In this document: positions 13,092-22,853 of the stretch, piece after piece
How the letters are laid out: the number at the start of each line of letters is the position of its first letter
Numbering within the stretch: the stretch's first letter is position 1
NCBI GenBank assembly: GCA_001803315.1
Contig: MHBQ01000059.1
Location: 17,188-81,187 of the forward strand
Direction: 5' to 3'
Length of the DNA: 64,000 nt
From: Lentisphaerae bacterium RIFOXYC12_FULL_60_16
GTDB taxonomy: Bacteria; Verrucomicrobiota; Kiritimatiellia; UBA8416; YA12-FULL-60-10
Position numbers and translations under genes: made by a program
Notes under the pieces: generated by a model
What the model was told of the DNA's origin: nothing
Database searches by the model: none
The model's input: the letters and a program-made list of their open reading frames with translations, nothing else

Positions 13092-14056
13092 CGGTTATCG
13101 TCCCGTCCGGTATCGCGCCCGCCGGACTCGCCGTTGGCGCCTGTCATGATTTCCACGAGCCGTTCGGCCAGCAGGGGCACCTGGGGCTCCAGGTTCTCGC
13201 CGGCTTCGCGAACGGCGAGGTGAAGGCCCGCGCCGGCATCCTCGCGCGCGCGCCGCAAATGGGTCTGGGAATGCCGCAGGATCCGGTTCGCCTCGGTCAT
13301 CGCGTCGCGCTTGGCGGCGGCCACCTTCCGCTGGTACGCGTCACGGGTTTGCCGCCGCTTCCCCAACTGTTCGGCTTCGATCCGTTCGCCATGCCGGGCG
13401 TTTTCGACCGCCACCTGCTCCCCCTCCGCCAACTCCCTCCGCCGGGCGTCCAACAAGGCTGTCACGGGTTCCCAGAACAGCTCCGTCAGCGTGAGCGTCA
13501 TGCCGACGAAGATGAGGATGACCATGAAAACGGTGGCATTGAACCCGACCACACTGCCGGAACCGATCACCGGGATGTGCGTGATCCCGGCCGCCAGGCA
13601 GCGGTCCAGGAGGTCCTCCGTGACCTTGTCCCCCGCCGCGCCGACGAGCGGGGCGTCGGCGGCCGGCGCCACGTGGTTGCGCAGGCGCAGGTCACGCCCG
13701 GCGAACGCGCGCAGCGGGGCCGGATCACGGACCTTGATCCGCCGCACGCCGGCGAGCGCCAGCCGTTCATAGTCCCGAGCATTGAGCACGCGCGTGACAT
13801 CCATCCGTTCGCCGCCGCCCAGTTCCACGGGCTCCGCCGGATGCAAGCGCCGATTCTCCAGCGCGTTCAGCCGCTGGTGCCGCTTGGACGCGTACGTCGG
13901 GCTCTCCCACTGTGTCACGGTGGCCCCGCCCAAAATGGCCAGCGTCTCGAACCGGTGACCGGGAACGGCGAAGACCGCCTGCCGCTTGAACGCCAGCACG
14001 CAGTACACCGCGAAAACGGCCAGAATACCAACGATGCAAATCCGACGTCGCACCAC
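13088..14056 (-). CDS. Fo subunit b' with an extra N-terminal TM helix and a ~145 aa inserted domain
   Basis: FNATVFMVILIF...LFWEPV..LLDARR b'-type TM plus coiled coil; AAAGGAG RBS before GTG 14056. Confidence 0.8.
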   Translation of the reverse strand: MVRRRICIVGILAVFAVYCVLAFKRQAVFAVPGHRFETLAILGGATVTQWESPTYASKRHQRLNALENRRLHPAEPVELGGGERMDVTRVLNARDYERLALAGVRRIKVRDPAPLRAFAGRDLRLRNHVAPAADAPLVGAAGDKVTEDLLDRCLAAGITHIPVIGSGSVVGFNATVFMVILIFVGMTLTLTELFWEPVTALLDARRRELAEGEQVAVENARHGERIEAEQLGKRRQTRDAYQRKVAAAKRDAMTEANRILRHSQTHLRRAREDAGAGLHLAVREAGENLEPQVPLLAERLVEIMTGANGESGGRDTGRDDNR

Positions 14057-14115
14057 AATGCTCCTTTCGCCGGGGTACGCCCCGCACACCATCCCGCCCG
14101 TGCGGGGTTTCCGGT

Positions 14116-14400
<285 letters not shown>

Positions 14401-14442
14401 TTACGTGGGCCCTTGAAGCCCGTTCTTGGTTTATCGTTTCCT

Positions 14443-15186
14443 TCATGACCCGAAAAGCAACAGCAGGGCGATGACGAAGGCATACACCGTGGTCGACTCG
14501 GCGACCGCCGCCCCCACAAAAAAGGTGTTGCGGAGCAAGCCGTCGCCATGTCCCGGGGTGTCCGCCAGCGCGCGGCAGAACTTGGCCCCCACGAGCCCGA
14601 TGCCCACGGCGGGGCCAATGGCGCCGATCCCCATGCAGATGCCGACCGCCAGCAGGCGCCCCACCATGCTGACCGTTTCGATTCCCGTGACGCCGCCGAA
14701 CGAACCGAACACCATCATCAGCCCGATCACCAGGGCCAGGATGTTGGGCGTCTGGCTCCAGGCCTGCCCCACCAGCATGTAGAGCATGATCTTGCCTGAT
14801 TGCCGCGGGTTGCGGCCAACCGCTTCCACCGCGTCACACCCGACCAGCCCGCAGCCAATGCCGGAACCGAGTGACCCGAACCCCAGGCAGAGCCCGGAGG
14901 AAAGGAAGGCGGCGGCCTGCGCCCAGGAATCGGCCGCCGCGCCTTCCGGACTGGCCATCTTGATGACCAGGATCAGCGCCACGACCAGGGCAAAAATACT
15001 GGGGGTCGAGGCGCCCGCCTGACCGACCAGCATGAGCCGGAATAGCGCCGGGCTGAAGGAAGGCTGGCGTGCCCAGCTCCGCAGCGCGCCCGTCACCACG
15101 TACCCGATCCCGGCCCCATTGCTCAGAGATCCGAGCCCCATGCAGATTGCCGCTCCCAGCAACGCGGCCATGATGGCAATATCCAT
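14443..15186 (-). CDS. Triplicated Fo subunit c (three hairpins, six TM helices; only hairpin 3 keeps the Glu)
   Basis: Three tandem c repeats with loops RQP, RNP, DTP and outer-helix motifs GQAGASTPSIF, GQAWSQTPNIL, GAAVAESTTVY. Confidence 0.9.
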   Translation of the reverse strand: MDIAIMAALLGAAICMGLGSLSNGAGIGYVVTGALRSWARQPSFSPALFRLMLVGQAGASTPSIFALVVALILVIKMASPEGAAADSWAQAAAFLSSGLCLGFGSLGSGIGCGLVGCDAVEAVGRNPRQSGKIMLYMLVGQAWSQTPNILALVIGLMMVFGSFGGVTGIETVSMVGRLLAVGICMGIGAIGPAVGIGLVGAKFCRALADTPGHGDGLLRNTFFVGAAVAESTTVYAFVIALLLLFGS

Positions 15187-15188
15187 GT

Positions 15189-16181
15189 TTACTCCTGTCG
15201 ATCCGATGGAGGTTTCACGCCGGCCGTTGCGGGTTTGTCGCGGGTGTCATCGTCCGGCATTTCGGCATCCGCCACGCCCAGCGAAATGTAGGTCAACGCC
15301 AACATCGTAAAGACGAAGGCCTGAATCGTCCCGGCGAATACGCCGAAAAAGCCCATCAGCCCCACCGGCAGCACGAGATGGTGGAGCAGGCCGCTGACGA
15401 CGACCAGAATCACCACGCCTCCGAATATGTTGCCGAACAGACGAAACGAGATCGACACGACCTCGGCGATCTTACCGACCACGTTCAAGGGAAACATGAT
15501 GATGCCCATGGCGCCGCCCGGTTCGAAATAACCCTTCAAGTAACCCCGCAGGCCGTGCTTTCGGATCGTGGCGCCATGGCCGATCAGGACGACGAACAGC
15601 AGGGCAAGGGCGAGGGGAACATTGTAGTCGCCGGTCGGCTCGTGAAAGGCCGGCAATCGGAACCCCGCGTCGTAGACCCCGTTGTGACGCGCGAAAAGCC
15701 CCTGGCCGTCGCTCGCTTCCACGAACTCGCCCGGATCGTACCGGCCGTTGCCGTTATAGTCGTTGAAGCGCTCGCCGCCGATATGCATCTCCGGAACCGG
15801 TAGCAGGCCGATCATGTTGGAGACCCACACGAAAAGAAAGAGGCTGCCGATCCACGGCAGGTAGCGCCGCCCGCTGGCGGCCCCGATGCTCCGTGTGACG
15901 AGGTTGTCGAAGACTTCGAACACCTGTTCGAACAGGACCTGGGCCTTGCCCGGCACCTCGCGCAGACGTCGCGTGCAGAGCCACGCCAGCGCGCAGATGA
16001 GGACGGCCACCACGAACGTCATCATGACGGTGGCGTGGTTGAACTCCAGCAGCAGGCCGAATCCGTCGATCTGCACGGGTAGTTCCCGCGCGATGTCTTC
16101 GGACGCGTGCGCGCCCGGCGCCAGCGCCAGGCATGCCGCCGCAAGAAGCACTCCCTTGACGTTGAGCGGGCGGCGGATCAT
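15189..16181 (-). CDS. atpB: Fo subunit a with a signal-peptide-like N-terminus and loop insertion
   Basis: PGKAQ..FE, SN.IGLLP, PT.D.N, SFRLFGNI (essential Arg), IQAFVFTML..Y. ATG 16181 overlaps the upstream stop (ATGA). Confidence 0.93.
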   Translation of the reverse strand: MIRRPLNVKGVLLAAACLALAPGAHASEDIARELPVQIDGFGLLLEFNHATVMMTFVVAVLICALAWLCTRRLREVPGKAQVLFEQVFEVFDNLVTRSIGAASGRRYLPWIGSLFLFVWVSNMIGLLPVPEMHIGGERFNDYNGNGRYDPGEFVEASDGQGLFARHNGVYDAGFRLPAFHEPTGDYNVPLALALLFVVLIGHGATIRKHGLRGYLKGYFEPGGAMGIIMFPLNVVGKIAEVVSISFRLFGNIFGGVVILVVVSGLLHHLVLPVGLMGFFGVFAGTIQAFVFTMLALTYISLGVADAEMPDDDTRDKPATAGVKPPSDRQE

Positions 16182-16600
16182 GACCGACTTCCATCCGCAA
16201 TCGTTTCGTTTTCCGCCGGGCCCGACAGGGCGGCCGGCCGCAGCAGGCTGTCGCCGATCAGGACCAGACGTTCCAGCATGACCCCGCAGAAGCAGGCGTA
16301 GAGATCGATTTTCTCCGTCAACGCGGCGGTAAGCAGCGCAGCCAGCGCCACGCCGAACTGCAGCGCCGAGGAACGGATCGTGGCGCGTCCCCACCGGCGC
16401 GGTTCGTCCTGCGCCATTCCCAGGATCGAGACCACGCGCAGCCGCAAGATGACCAGTCCAGCCGCGCTCCCCAGCAGCCATCCTCCGCAATAGCTCAAGT
16501 CCTGGGGCAGCAAGACGGCCAGACCAATCCCCCCCGCCCCGCCAAGGACGAGGACCGCGAGCAGGATCGACCGCTGATACCGGTATATGCTTTGCATCAT
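16178..16600 (-). CDS. atpI: ATP synthase subunit I-like membrane protein
   Basis: About four hydrophobic segments, AGGAG RBS, located directly before atpB. Confidence 0.65.
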   Translation of the reverse strand: MMQSIYRYQRSILLAVLVLGGAGGIGLAVLLPQDLSYCGGWLLGSAAGLVILRLRVVSILGMAQDEPRRWGRATIRSSALQFGVALAALLTAALTEKIDLYACFCGVMLERLVLIGDSLLRPAALSGPAENETIADGSRS

Positions 16601-16905
16601 GTTCGCTCCTCGCACGCGCCGGTTTCCCACCGGCGCGGCTTCATCACGACCTCCGTCAACGACCGGCAGGCCCACCGGGACGAGAGGACGACACTCGCCG
16701 CGACGACGGCCAGAATCGGCCACAAGCCCTGTTCCAGACGCCGGCTTGCCCACGCCCCCGCCAGGAATCCTCCGGTGACCGCAGCCGCCACCGAAAACCC
16801 CAGAACGCCCGCCAGGCGGAGTATGCCCGTGATTTCGCGCCACTCCGTGTCGGTGGCCGAAGGGCTCGCGCCGTCATCCTTTTCCAAACGGTCCAGCGGT
16901 TGCAT
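16597..16905 (-). CDS. AtpZ/AtpI (ATPase gene 1) family protein
   Basis: Two TM segments with LG.......G...G.W pattern; first gene of the atp block. Confidence 0.65.
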   Translation of the reverse strand: MQPLDRLEKDDGASPSATDTEWREITGILRLAGVLGFSVAAAVTGGFLAGAWASRRLEQGLWPILAVVAASVVLSSRWACRSLTEVVMKPRRWETGACEERT

Positions 16906-16910
16906 TCCGG

Positions 16911-17717
16911 CTATGCCTTTCCCTGCAAATAAGCCGTCAGGTAGGAATCGCTGTAGATCGCCTTGTTCAGAAGGATTTCCGCCGTAACCATGGTGTTCGT
17001 CAGCTCGGTGTCCAGGGGATCGTGAATGCTGGCATCGAGTCCGGCGCCGATCGCCATGGTCAGGAATACGCGGTTGATGAGCGACCGCTCGGTGGCGCCC
17101 TGGCTGAGGTTGCTCAGCCCGATCACGACGTGCGGCGCCGGGTCGCTCAGCAGCCGGAACTGGCGGATGGTCTCGATCACGATGCCGGGCGCCTTCTGGT
17201 CGCAGTTGACCGGCAGGATGATCGGGTCGAGGTAAACGTCCTCGATCGACACCCCGGCGTCCGTGGCGGCGGCCAGCGTGCGCATACCGATCTCCAACTT
17301 GCCCTCGATCGTGGCCGCCACGCCGTTCTCATCGATCGAAAGACCGACGATGCCCGCGCCGAATTCGTGCGCGAGCCCCATGAAGGCGGCCAGTTTTTCC
17401 GCCTGCCCCGTGGTGGAGTTGATGATTGCGCGGCCCTTGATGGTCGCCGCCTGCAGCCCCACCCGCACGGTCTCGAGGCTGGGGTTGTCGATCGAGAGCG
17501 GCTTGTCGGTCACCTCGCGGGTGACCTCGATGAGCCACCGCATGGCGGCGGCCCGCTCCGCCTTCGGCACACGGGTCCCGACGTTGATGTCGAGCGCGTC
17601 GGCGCCGCCGGCCAGTTGTTTCTCGGCCATCTCCCGGACGGGTTTTGGATCCTTGTTCTTAATGGCTTCGCCGATTGCTTCGAACATTCCGTTGATGCGT
17701 TCTCCGATAACCAACAT
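16911..17717 (-). CDS. acsE: Methyl-THF:corrinoid Fe-S protein methyltransferase
   Basis: IGERINGMF, LDINVG, IINST, GLSNLSQ, LINR.FL.M. Confidence 0.95.
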   Translation of the reverse strand: MLVIGERINGMFEAIGEAIKNKDPKPVREMAEKQLAGGADALDINVGTRVPKAERAAAMRWLIEVTREVTDKPLSIDNPSLETVRVGLQAATIKGRAIINSTTGQAEKLAAFMGLAHEFGAGIVGLSIDENGVAATIEGKLEIGMRTLAAATDAGVSIEDVYLDPIILPVNCDQKAPGIVIETIRQFRLLSDPAPHVVIGLSNLSQGATERSLINRVFLTMAIGAGLDASIHDPLDTELTNTMVTAEILLNKAIYSDSYLTAYLQGKA

Positions 17718-17751
17718 CGTCGATCTCCTTTCGTGCGTGAAATTATCCGGC

Positions 17752-18717
17752 TCAGACCACGAGCCGCTTGATCATGTCCTTCAGGCCCAACGCCGCTTGG
17801 GGATGCCGCATCACCATGATATCGCTGCCCGCCTGCAACAGCGTCACGGCCGTGGACAATTCCCACAGCATGCCGCGGAGCGCGGGATCGCCCCACGTCG
17901 GTTGTTCCTCGGTCGTGGCTTTCGATTCCTTGGCCCGCCAGGCTTCCTGCCCCACCATGCAGATGACCGGCATCGCCATCATCTTGTCCCCGCCCAGCGC
18001 CGCCAGCCGGCCGCGTTCCTGGATGGAGTAGGTATATTCCAGCCCGTACCCCAGCGCGCCGGTCGTCTGGTACATCACGATCCGGTCCAACGGGAATCCC
18101 ATCTCCGAAATCAGGATGTTCACCTGTTTGGCGATGTTGATGTCGATCGGGCTCAGCCCGATCAGCGCGTGACCGTCCGCCTGACAGGCCGCCACGAGCG
18201 TCTTGTAGTTGTCCTCGGTCGCGGCGCCCAGCAGACACCGTTCGCCCGCCGCCGCCTGGCTGCAGGAAGGCAACACCTCATTGTCCTTCGCTTCGCTGTC
18301 ACAGCCCCAGATGACCAGGGGTACTCCCACGGCCTTCAACACCGACCGCACGACCGCGGCGGCTTCCGCCGGCGACCGGTCGCCGGTGTCCGGATGGGTT
18401 CCCGCCAGTTTCAGGCAGATGAGATCGGCGCCGGCCTCCTCCACCGCCTTGCGGGCCCAATCGGCGGGGGACTTGACGGCTTTGCCCCAGGCCGCGGTCA
18501 GTGCGGCGGGCCAATCATCCGGCTCCCGGTCCCAGATCTCGATCGCCACGACGGGCGGGTGCGGGGTGGCGCCGTCGAAGCGCATGAAAGGCACCCCCGT
18601 GCCCCCCCCGACCGTCACGGTCGAGGTTCTCGTTCCTCCCTCCCCGGCCGTCGCCCCCAGGGTCAGGGTATTGACTGCACCGGCCCATTTCTCCTTGGCG
18701 TCCGCAAGCATCGTCAT
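17752..18717 (-). CDS. acsD: Corrinoid Fe-S protein small subunit
   Basis: VGG..G.PF..F.G, SPIDINIAKQ, ALGYGLEYTYS..ER, WRAKE, MRHP. Confidence 0.95.
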   Translation of the reverse strand: MTMLADAKEKWAGAVNTLTLGATAGEGGTRTSTVTVGGGTGVPFMRFDGATPHPPVVAIEIWDREPDDWPAALTAAWGKAVKSPADWARKAVEEAGADLICLKLAGTHPDTGDRSPAEAAAVVRSVLKAVGVPLVIWGCDSEAKDNEVLPSCSQAAAGERCLLGAATEDNYKTLVAACQADGHALIGLSPIDINIAKQVNILISEMGFPLDRIVMYQTTGALGYGLEYTYSIQERGRLAALGGDKMMAMPVICMVGQEAWRAKESKATTEEQPTWGDPALRGMLWELSTAVTLLQAGSDIMVMRHPQAALGLKDMIKRLVV

Positions 18718-19487
18718 CGTCTCCTCCTCTCGAGCAAGTTGCCCACCATTACATCCACCGCCCGCAGGGCCTCCGACTCCGGAGGCAATTCCAGCAGCGA
18801 TCGCTGTTGCGCCTCAAAATCGACCACGAGCGGATCGTCCGGGATGGTCCCGACGATTTCCATGCCCGTCTTGGCGAATTCATCCCGCAGGGCCGGCGAC
18901 AGGGATCCGTCACACCGGTTCAACACCAGGAATGCGCTTTGCACCTCCAATTCCAGGCTGACCATGATGTCGCGGATACGCAGGGCGGTGCGCGCGCCGA
19001 TGAGGTTCGGCTGGCACGTCACCAGCATCACCTCGACCCGCCCGTCCGTCCGCCGGCTCAGATGTTCCAAGCCGGCCTCGTTGTCGATGATCACCGCGCG
19101 GTATTGCTCGGCAATCCGTTCCAAACAGTTCCGCAGGAGGTTGTTCAGATAGCAGTAACAGTTCGGCCCCTCCTGCCGGCCCATCACGACCAGGTCGAAG
19201 CCGACGGCCTCCGCCACCTCCTCGTTGATGAGCCGTTCGATCCATTCGGCTTTGGAAAACCCCTGGGCCGCCGTCTCCGGATCGGCGCGCAACTGCTCCC
19301 GCATGTGCCCGATCGTCTGCGTGGGCGCCACCGTCACGCCGAGCCGGTCGGGAAGACAACTGTTCGGGTCCGCATCGACCGCCAGCACCGGCTTGATGGA
19401 CCGGTTCAGGAGGCAGCGGCAAAGCAGGGCGGACAGGGTCGTTTTGCCCGTGCCTCCCTTGCCCGCGATGGCGATCTTGAATGCCAT
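18714..19487 (-). CDS. cooC: CooC/AcsF nickel-insertion ATPase
   Basis: GKGGTGKT, DADP, MGR.EGPNCYC, DNEAGLEHLSR; start re-chosen at MAFKIAIAG. Confidence 0.93.
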   Translation of the reverse strand: MAFKIAIAGKGGTGKTTLSALLCRCLLNRSIKPVLAVDADPNSCLPDRLGVTVAPTQTIGHMREQLRADPETAAQGFSKAEWIERLINEEVAEAVGFDLVVMGRQEGPNCYCYLNNLLRNCLERIAEQYRAVIIDNEAGLEHLSRRTDGRVEVMLVTCQPNLIGARTALRIRDIMVSLELEVQSAFLVLNRCDGSLSPALRDEFAKTGMEIVGTIPDDPLVVDFEAQQRSLLELPPESEALRAVDVMVGNLLERRRR

Positions 19488-19519
19488 AATCGTATATCCC
19501 GGTTTGGCGCCCCCGCCCT

Positions 19520-21439
19520 TCAGGCCTTTCCTTTCATCACGGAGGGGAACTTCTCGATGTCGGTGTGCGGCAAAAACAGGCAGGAACTGTAGCCGTCGAT
19601 GTACTTGTGGTGCGTGCTCAGTTCCAGGTAGGTCATCATGTCGGCCACATGATCTTCGGCGTACTTCAGGGCTTCCCGGGACAGAAGCGCCATTTTCGCA
19701 CCCTGGACGGATCCGTTGCCGACGAACCGGAAACGCTCGAGGGGCAGGTCCGGCAGCAACCCGATGTCGATCGCCCTCGGAATGCGCAGGTAGGAACCGA
19801 ATCCGCCGGCGATATACACGTGCCGAACGTCCTCGAACGTCCCGTCCACATAGTCGAGCAGACATTCGGCGCCCATGAATACCGATCCCTTGCTGCGGAT
19901 CAGATTCTGGATGTCCGATTCGGTCAGGACGATGTCCCGGCCCAGCGCGGTTTCTTCGCTGGGAAACAGCACGAACTCCGGTTCGTCGGCCTCGCCAATG
20001 CGCAGGCGATCCCCGCACCGGTCGGGCATGTAGCGACCCCGGCGATCGATGCAGCCGATCCGTAACAGCTCGCCCACCACGTCAATCAGGCCGGAACCGC
20101 ACAATCCCAGCGGTTTGCCGCCATCCACCACGGTCCGGTCAACCACCCGTCCCCCTTCGGCCAGGTTGATCCGCTCGATCGCCCCGCGCGTGGCGTGCAT
20201 GCCGCAACGGATGCCTCCGCCCTCGAAAGCGGGTCCCGCGGAGGCCGAGCAACAGACAAGCCACTCGTTGTTGCCCAGTACCAGTTCGCCATTCGTCCCC
20301 AGATCGATCAGTAACGAGAGGTCCGGGGAACGCGTCATGCCGCTCACCAGCACGTCCGCCACCACGTCCCCGCCGACGTAGCTGGCGACGCAGGGCAGCG
20401 TCGACAACAACCCCCGCGGGTGGATCGATATCCCCACCTCGCTCGCGCGCACCGTGGGACACGACCGGACGGCCGGCACGTAAGGCTCGCGGCGGATATT
20501 GGACGGATCCAGGGCCAGCAGCAGGTGGATCATGGTCGTATTGCCCGCGCACAGGATGAAGGTCACGTCGCTTAACCGGATGCCCGCCTCCTGTACCAGG
20601 GCGGCAACCAGGTCATTGATGTCGTCGACGATGAGTTCCTTGAGTTTTTCACGGCGCAGGGGGTTGGATGCGCACATGATCCGGGCGATGACGTCCTCGC
20701 CCAGGGGAATCTGCGAGTTGTATTTGGCCTTGGCGGAGAGGGTTTCCGACGTGTTCAGGTTCACCAGGTGCGCCACGACCGTGGTGGTGCCGATATCCAC
20801 GGCCACTCCGAAGTTGCGGTCCGACACGTCTCCCGCCTCCATGTCGACCACTTCCAGCGTCTCGCCGCGCCATCCAAGCATGGCGGTCAGCTTCCATTCG
20901 CCATCCCGGAGTACGCCGGGCAGGCGCCGCAGGACGGCAAGCCCCATCTGCATCACCGGGGCGGGCTGAACGCGTCGGATCTCACGGAACACGCGTTCCT
21001 TGTCGGAAAGACAGTCCGTGATTGTCGGCGGGGGCAGGTCGAGAAACACCTTCCGACACAGCGGATTATGCGGAAAACACGCCTTCTCCCCCACCAACTC
21101 GCTGGGACGGCTGAACCGGACCGCATCCTCCGACGCCAACTGGGGAACACCGCCGATGCGGGTCTCGATCGGCACCTCGACGACGACGTCGCCTTCCACG
21201 GACGTCTGGCAGGCCAGGGCCATCCCCCGCTGGATTTCCCGCCGGTCCAGGAAAATGTTGGCCTGGGCGGTGACCTTGCCCGACTTGACCAGTACCCGGC
21301 ACTTCCCGCAGACACCGTCCCCGGCACAAACGCTGGTGATGGTGACGCCCGCCGCTTCCGCCGCCTCGAGCAGGGTCTTCCCCCGGGCGGCAGAGACGGT
21401 TTTGTTGTCAGGCAGAAAAGTGACCGTGTATGTCTTCAT
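19520..21439 (-). CDS. acsV: Reductive activator of corrinoid protein (2Fe-2S + ASKHA domain)
   Basis: CAGDGVCGKC...C, DIGTTT, YVGGD, DLGTNGE, SAGPAFEG, AGGFG, FLPHTD; start at MKTYTVTF. Confidence 0.92.
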   Translation of the reverse strand: MKTYTVTFLPDNKTVSAARGKTLLEAAEAAGVTITSVCAGDGVCGKCRVLVKSGKVTAQANIFLDRREIQRGMALACQTSVEGDVVVEVPIETRIGGVPQLASEDAVRFSRPSELVGEKACFPHNPLCRKVFLDLPPPTITDCLSDKERVFREIRRVQPAPVMQMGLAVLRRLPGVLRDGEWKLTAMLGWRGETLEVVDMEAGDVSDRNFGVAVDIGTTTVVAHLVNLNTSETLSAKAKYNSQIPLGEDVIARIMCASNPLRREKLKELIVDDINDLVAALVQEAGIRLSDVTFILCAGNTTMIHLLLALDPSNIRREPYVPAVRSCPTVRASEVGISIHPRGLLSTLPCVASYVGGDVVADVLVSGMTRSPDLSLLIDLGTNGELVLGNNEWLVCCSASAGPAFEGGGIRCGMHATRGAIERINLAEGGRVVDRTVVDGGKPLGLCGSGLIDVVGELLRIGCIDRRGRYMPDRCGDRLRIGEADEPEFVLFPSEETALGRDIVLTESDIQNLIRSKGSVFMGAECLLDYVDGTFEDVRHVYIAGGFGSYLRIPRAIDIGLLPDLPLERFRFVGNGSVQGAKMALLSREALKYAEDHVADMMTYLELSTHHKYIDGYSSCLFLPHTDIEKFPSVMKGKA

Positions 21440-22776
21440 GCTCCGGACCAGACCGTCTTCAGATAACGTGAGATCCCGCTGGCTTCGCGTGGGCCGACCA
21501 TGACCTCCCACCCCGACTCCTCCTGCAGCGCACCGCTCATGGCCGAAAGGTAGCCCGGGATGATGACCTTGCGGTGCTTGATCTGGCGTGTCACGTCCTC
21601 GGACTTGAGGAATGCCGCCACCTTTTCCGCGGTGAGCTTGTCGGAGGCGAACGCCGTCAGCACGGAGGTGCCTTCGGTGTCGATTACCCCGATGTAGGCC
21701 GGCACGCGGCTGGCCTCCACTTCCCCCTCGACCGTATAGAAGGTGAGCGAGAAATTGGTGGTGATCAGCAGGGGCGACTCCGGCGTGACCGCGCCCACCG
21801 GACAGAGCTTGGCTTCGACCTGGATCGGCTTGCGCGGGTCCGTATACAGGTTCTGGGACACCGTCAGAACGGGCAGCAGACACGCCGGTTCGCGCAGCGA
21901 CGTGATCACGAGTCCCGCGTATTTGGCCACGAACGCGCAACAGTCGGCGACGTTGACGAGCGGATCCTCCGCGCGGACAACCACCATGGCGGGATAACCG
22001 AGATCCCGCATCTTTTTCTTGAGGGCCAGCCGGCGGCTCGCGGTAAGCGCCTCGAGCGTGTCGAGCGTATGCGCCGCCGTAAGGTCGAGTACGATGTCCT
22101 CGACGCCCGCACCCCGCGCCATGGCGGCCAGGGCCGCCGCGCGTTCCAGATCGGGCGCCGCCACGGCCAGCGGACACTTCCGATCGCGGGCCACCCGCGC
22201 CATGGCCTCCCCGTTGGCGTCCGTGGCCGCGTGGATCAACGGCCGCGCCTCCGCGCACACCGCCACCGCCCGTTCGGCATGCGCCGCTTCCGCGGTCATC
22301 AGAACCATCGGCAGCCCGAGTTGCTTCACGACCGCCGCGGTCCGCTCGAACGGCTCCGCGGCGCCGCTGCGGTTCTCGATGGCCACCACGTTGGCTTTCA
22401 GCTCCATGCCCACGCGGGTGAAGCGGAGCCCGGCGATGGCGGCGCACGCCTCCGCGAGCGCCCGTTCGTCGAGCGTGTCCGGAAGCAGCACGCCGATTCC
22501 CGGCGCGTGATAGAACGCCTCATCATGTCGGAACAGGACGGTTTCGTTCCCGATTTCCAGTTTGTCGGGTCCCGCTCCGATGGCGACGAGACGAATCGGG
22601 GGAGCGGCGGCCCCGTCCAGCGCGGCCCGCGAGGCTTCGCTCACGTCCGGACATTGATCCAGCGTGGCTTGCTTCTGGGCCAGCTTCATGGCAAAGGCCA
22701 GACAGGTCGGGCAGCCGCATTTCTTGCAGTTGGTCTTGGGTAACAATTTGAATATATCGAGTGCTTTGAGTGCCAT
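21436..22776 (-). CDS. acsC: Corrinoid Fe-S protein large subunit
   Basis: LPKTNCKKCGCPTCLAFA, YTDPRKP, TTNFSLT, VGPREAS. Confidence 0.96.
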   Translation of the reverse strand: MALKALDIFKLLPKTNCKKCGCPTCLAFAMKLAQKQATLDQCPDVSEASRAALDGAAAPPIRLVAIGAGPDKLEIGNETVLFRHDEAFYHAPGIGVLLPDTLDERALAEACAAIAGLRFTRVGMELKANVVAIENRSGAAEPFERTAAVVKQLGLPMVLMTAEAAHAERAVAVCAEARPLIHAATDANGEAMARVARDRKCPLAVAAPDLERAAALAAMARGAGVEDIVLDLTAAHTLDTLEALTASRRLALKKKMRDLGYPAMVVVRAEDPLVNVADCCAFVAKYAGLVITSLREPACLLPVLTVSQNLYTDPRKPIQVEAKLCPVGAVTPESPLLITTNFSLTFYTVEGEVEASRVPAYIGVIDTEGTSVLTAFASDKLTAEKVAAFLKSEDVTRQIKHRKVIIPGYLSAMSGALQEESGWEVMVGPREASGISRYLKTVWSGA

Positions 22777-22853
22777 GTGATGCCTCCGTTGTTAGATGAC
22801 GGCTTCCGTGGATGCGACGCAGCCGGGCGCCCCGTAAACGTCCGCGCGATCGG

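Noticed and set aside
19520..22447. 975-aa ORF as one protein (likewise the extended ORFs 25016-26800, 30805-32454, 46652-49102)
   Set aside because: The N-terminal extensions overlap upstream genes in another frame; real starts are at the downstream Met codons listed in features.
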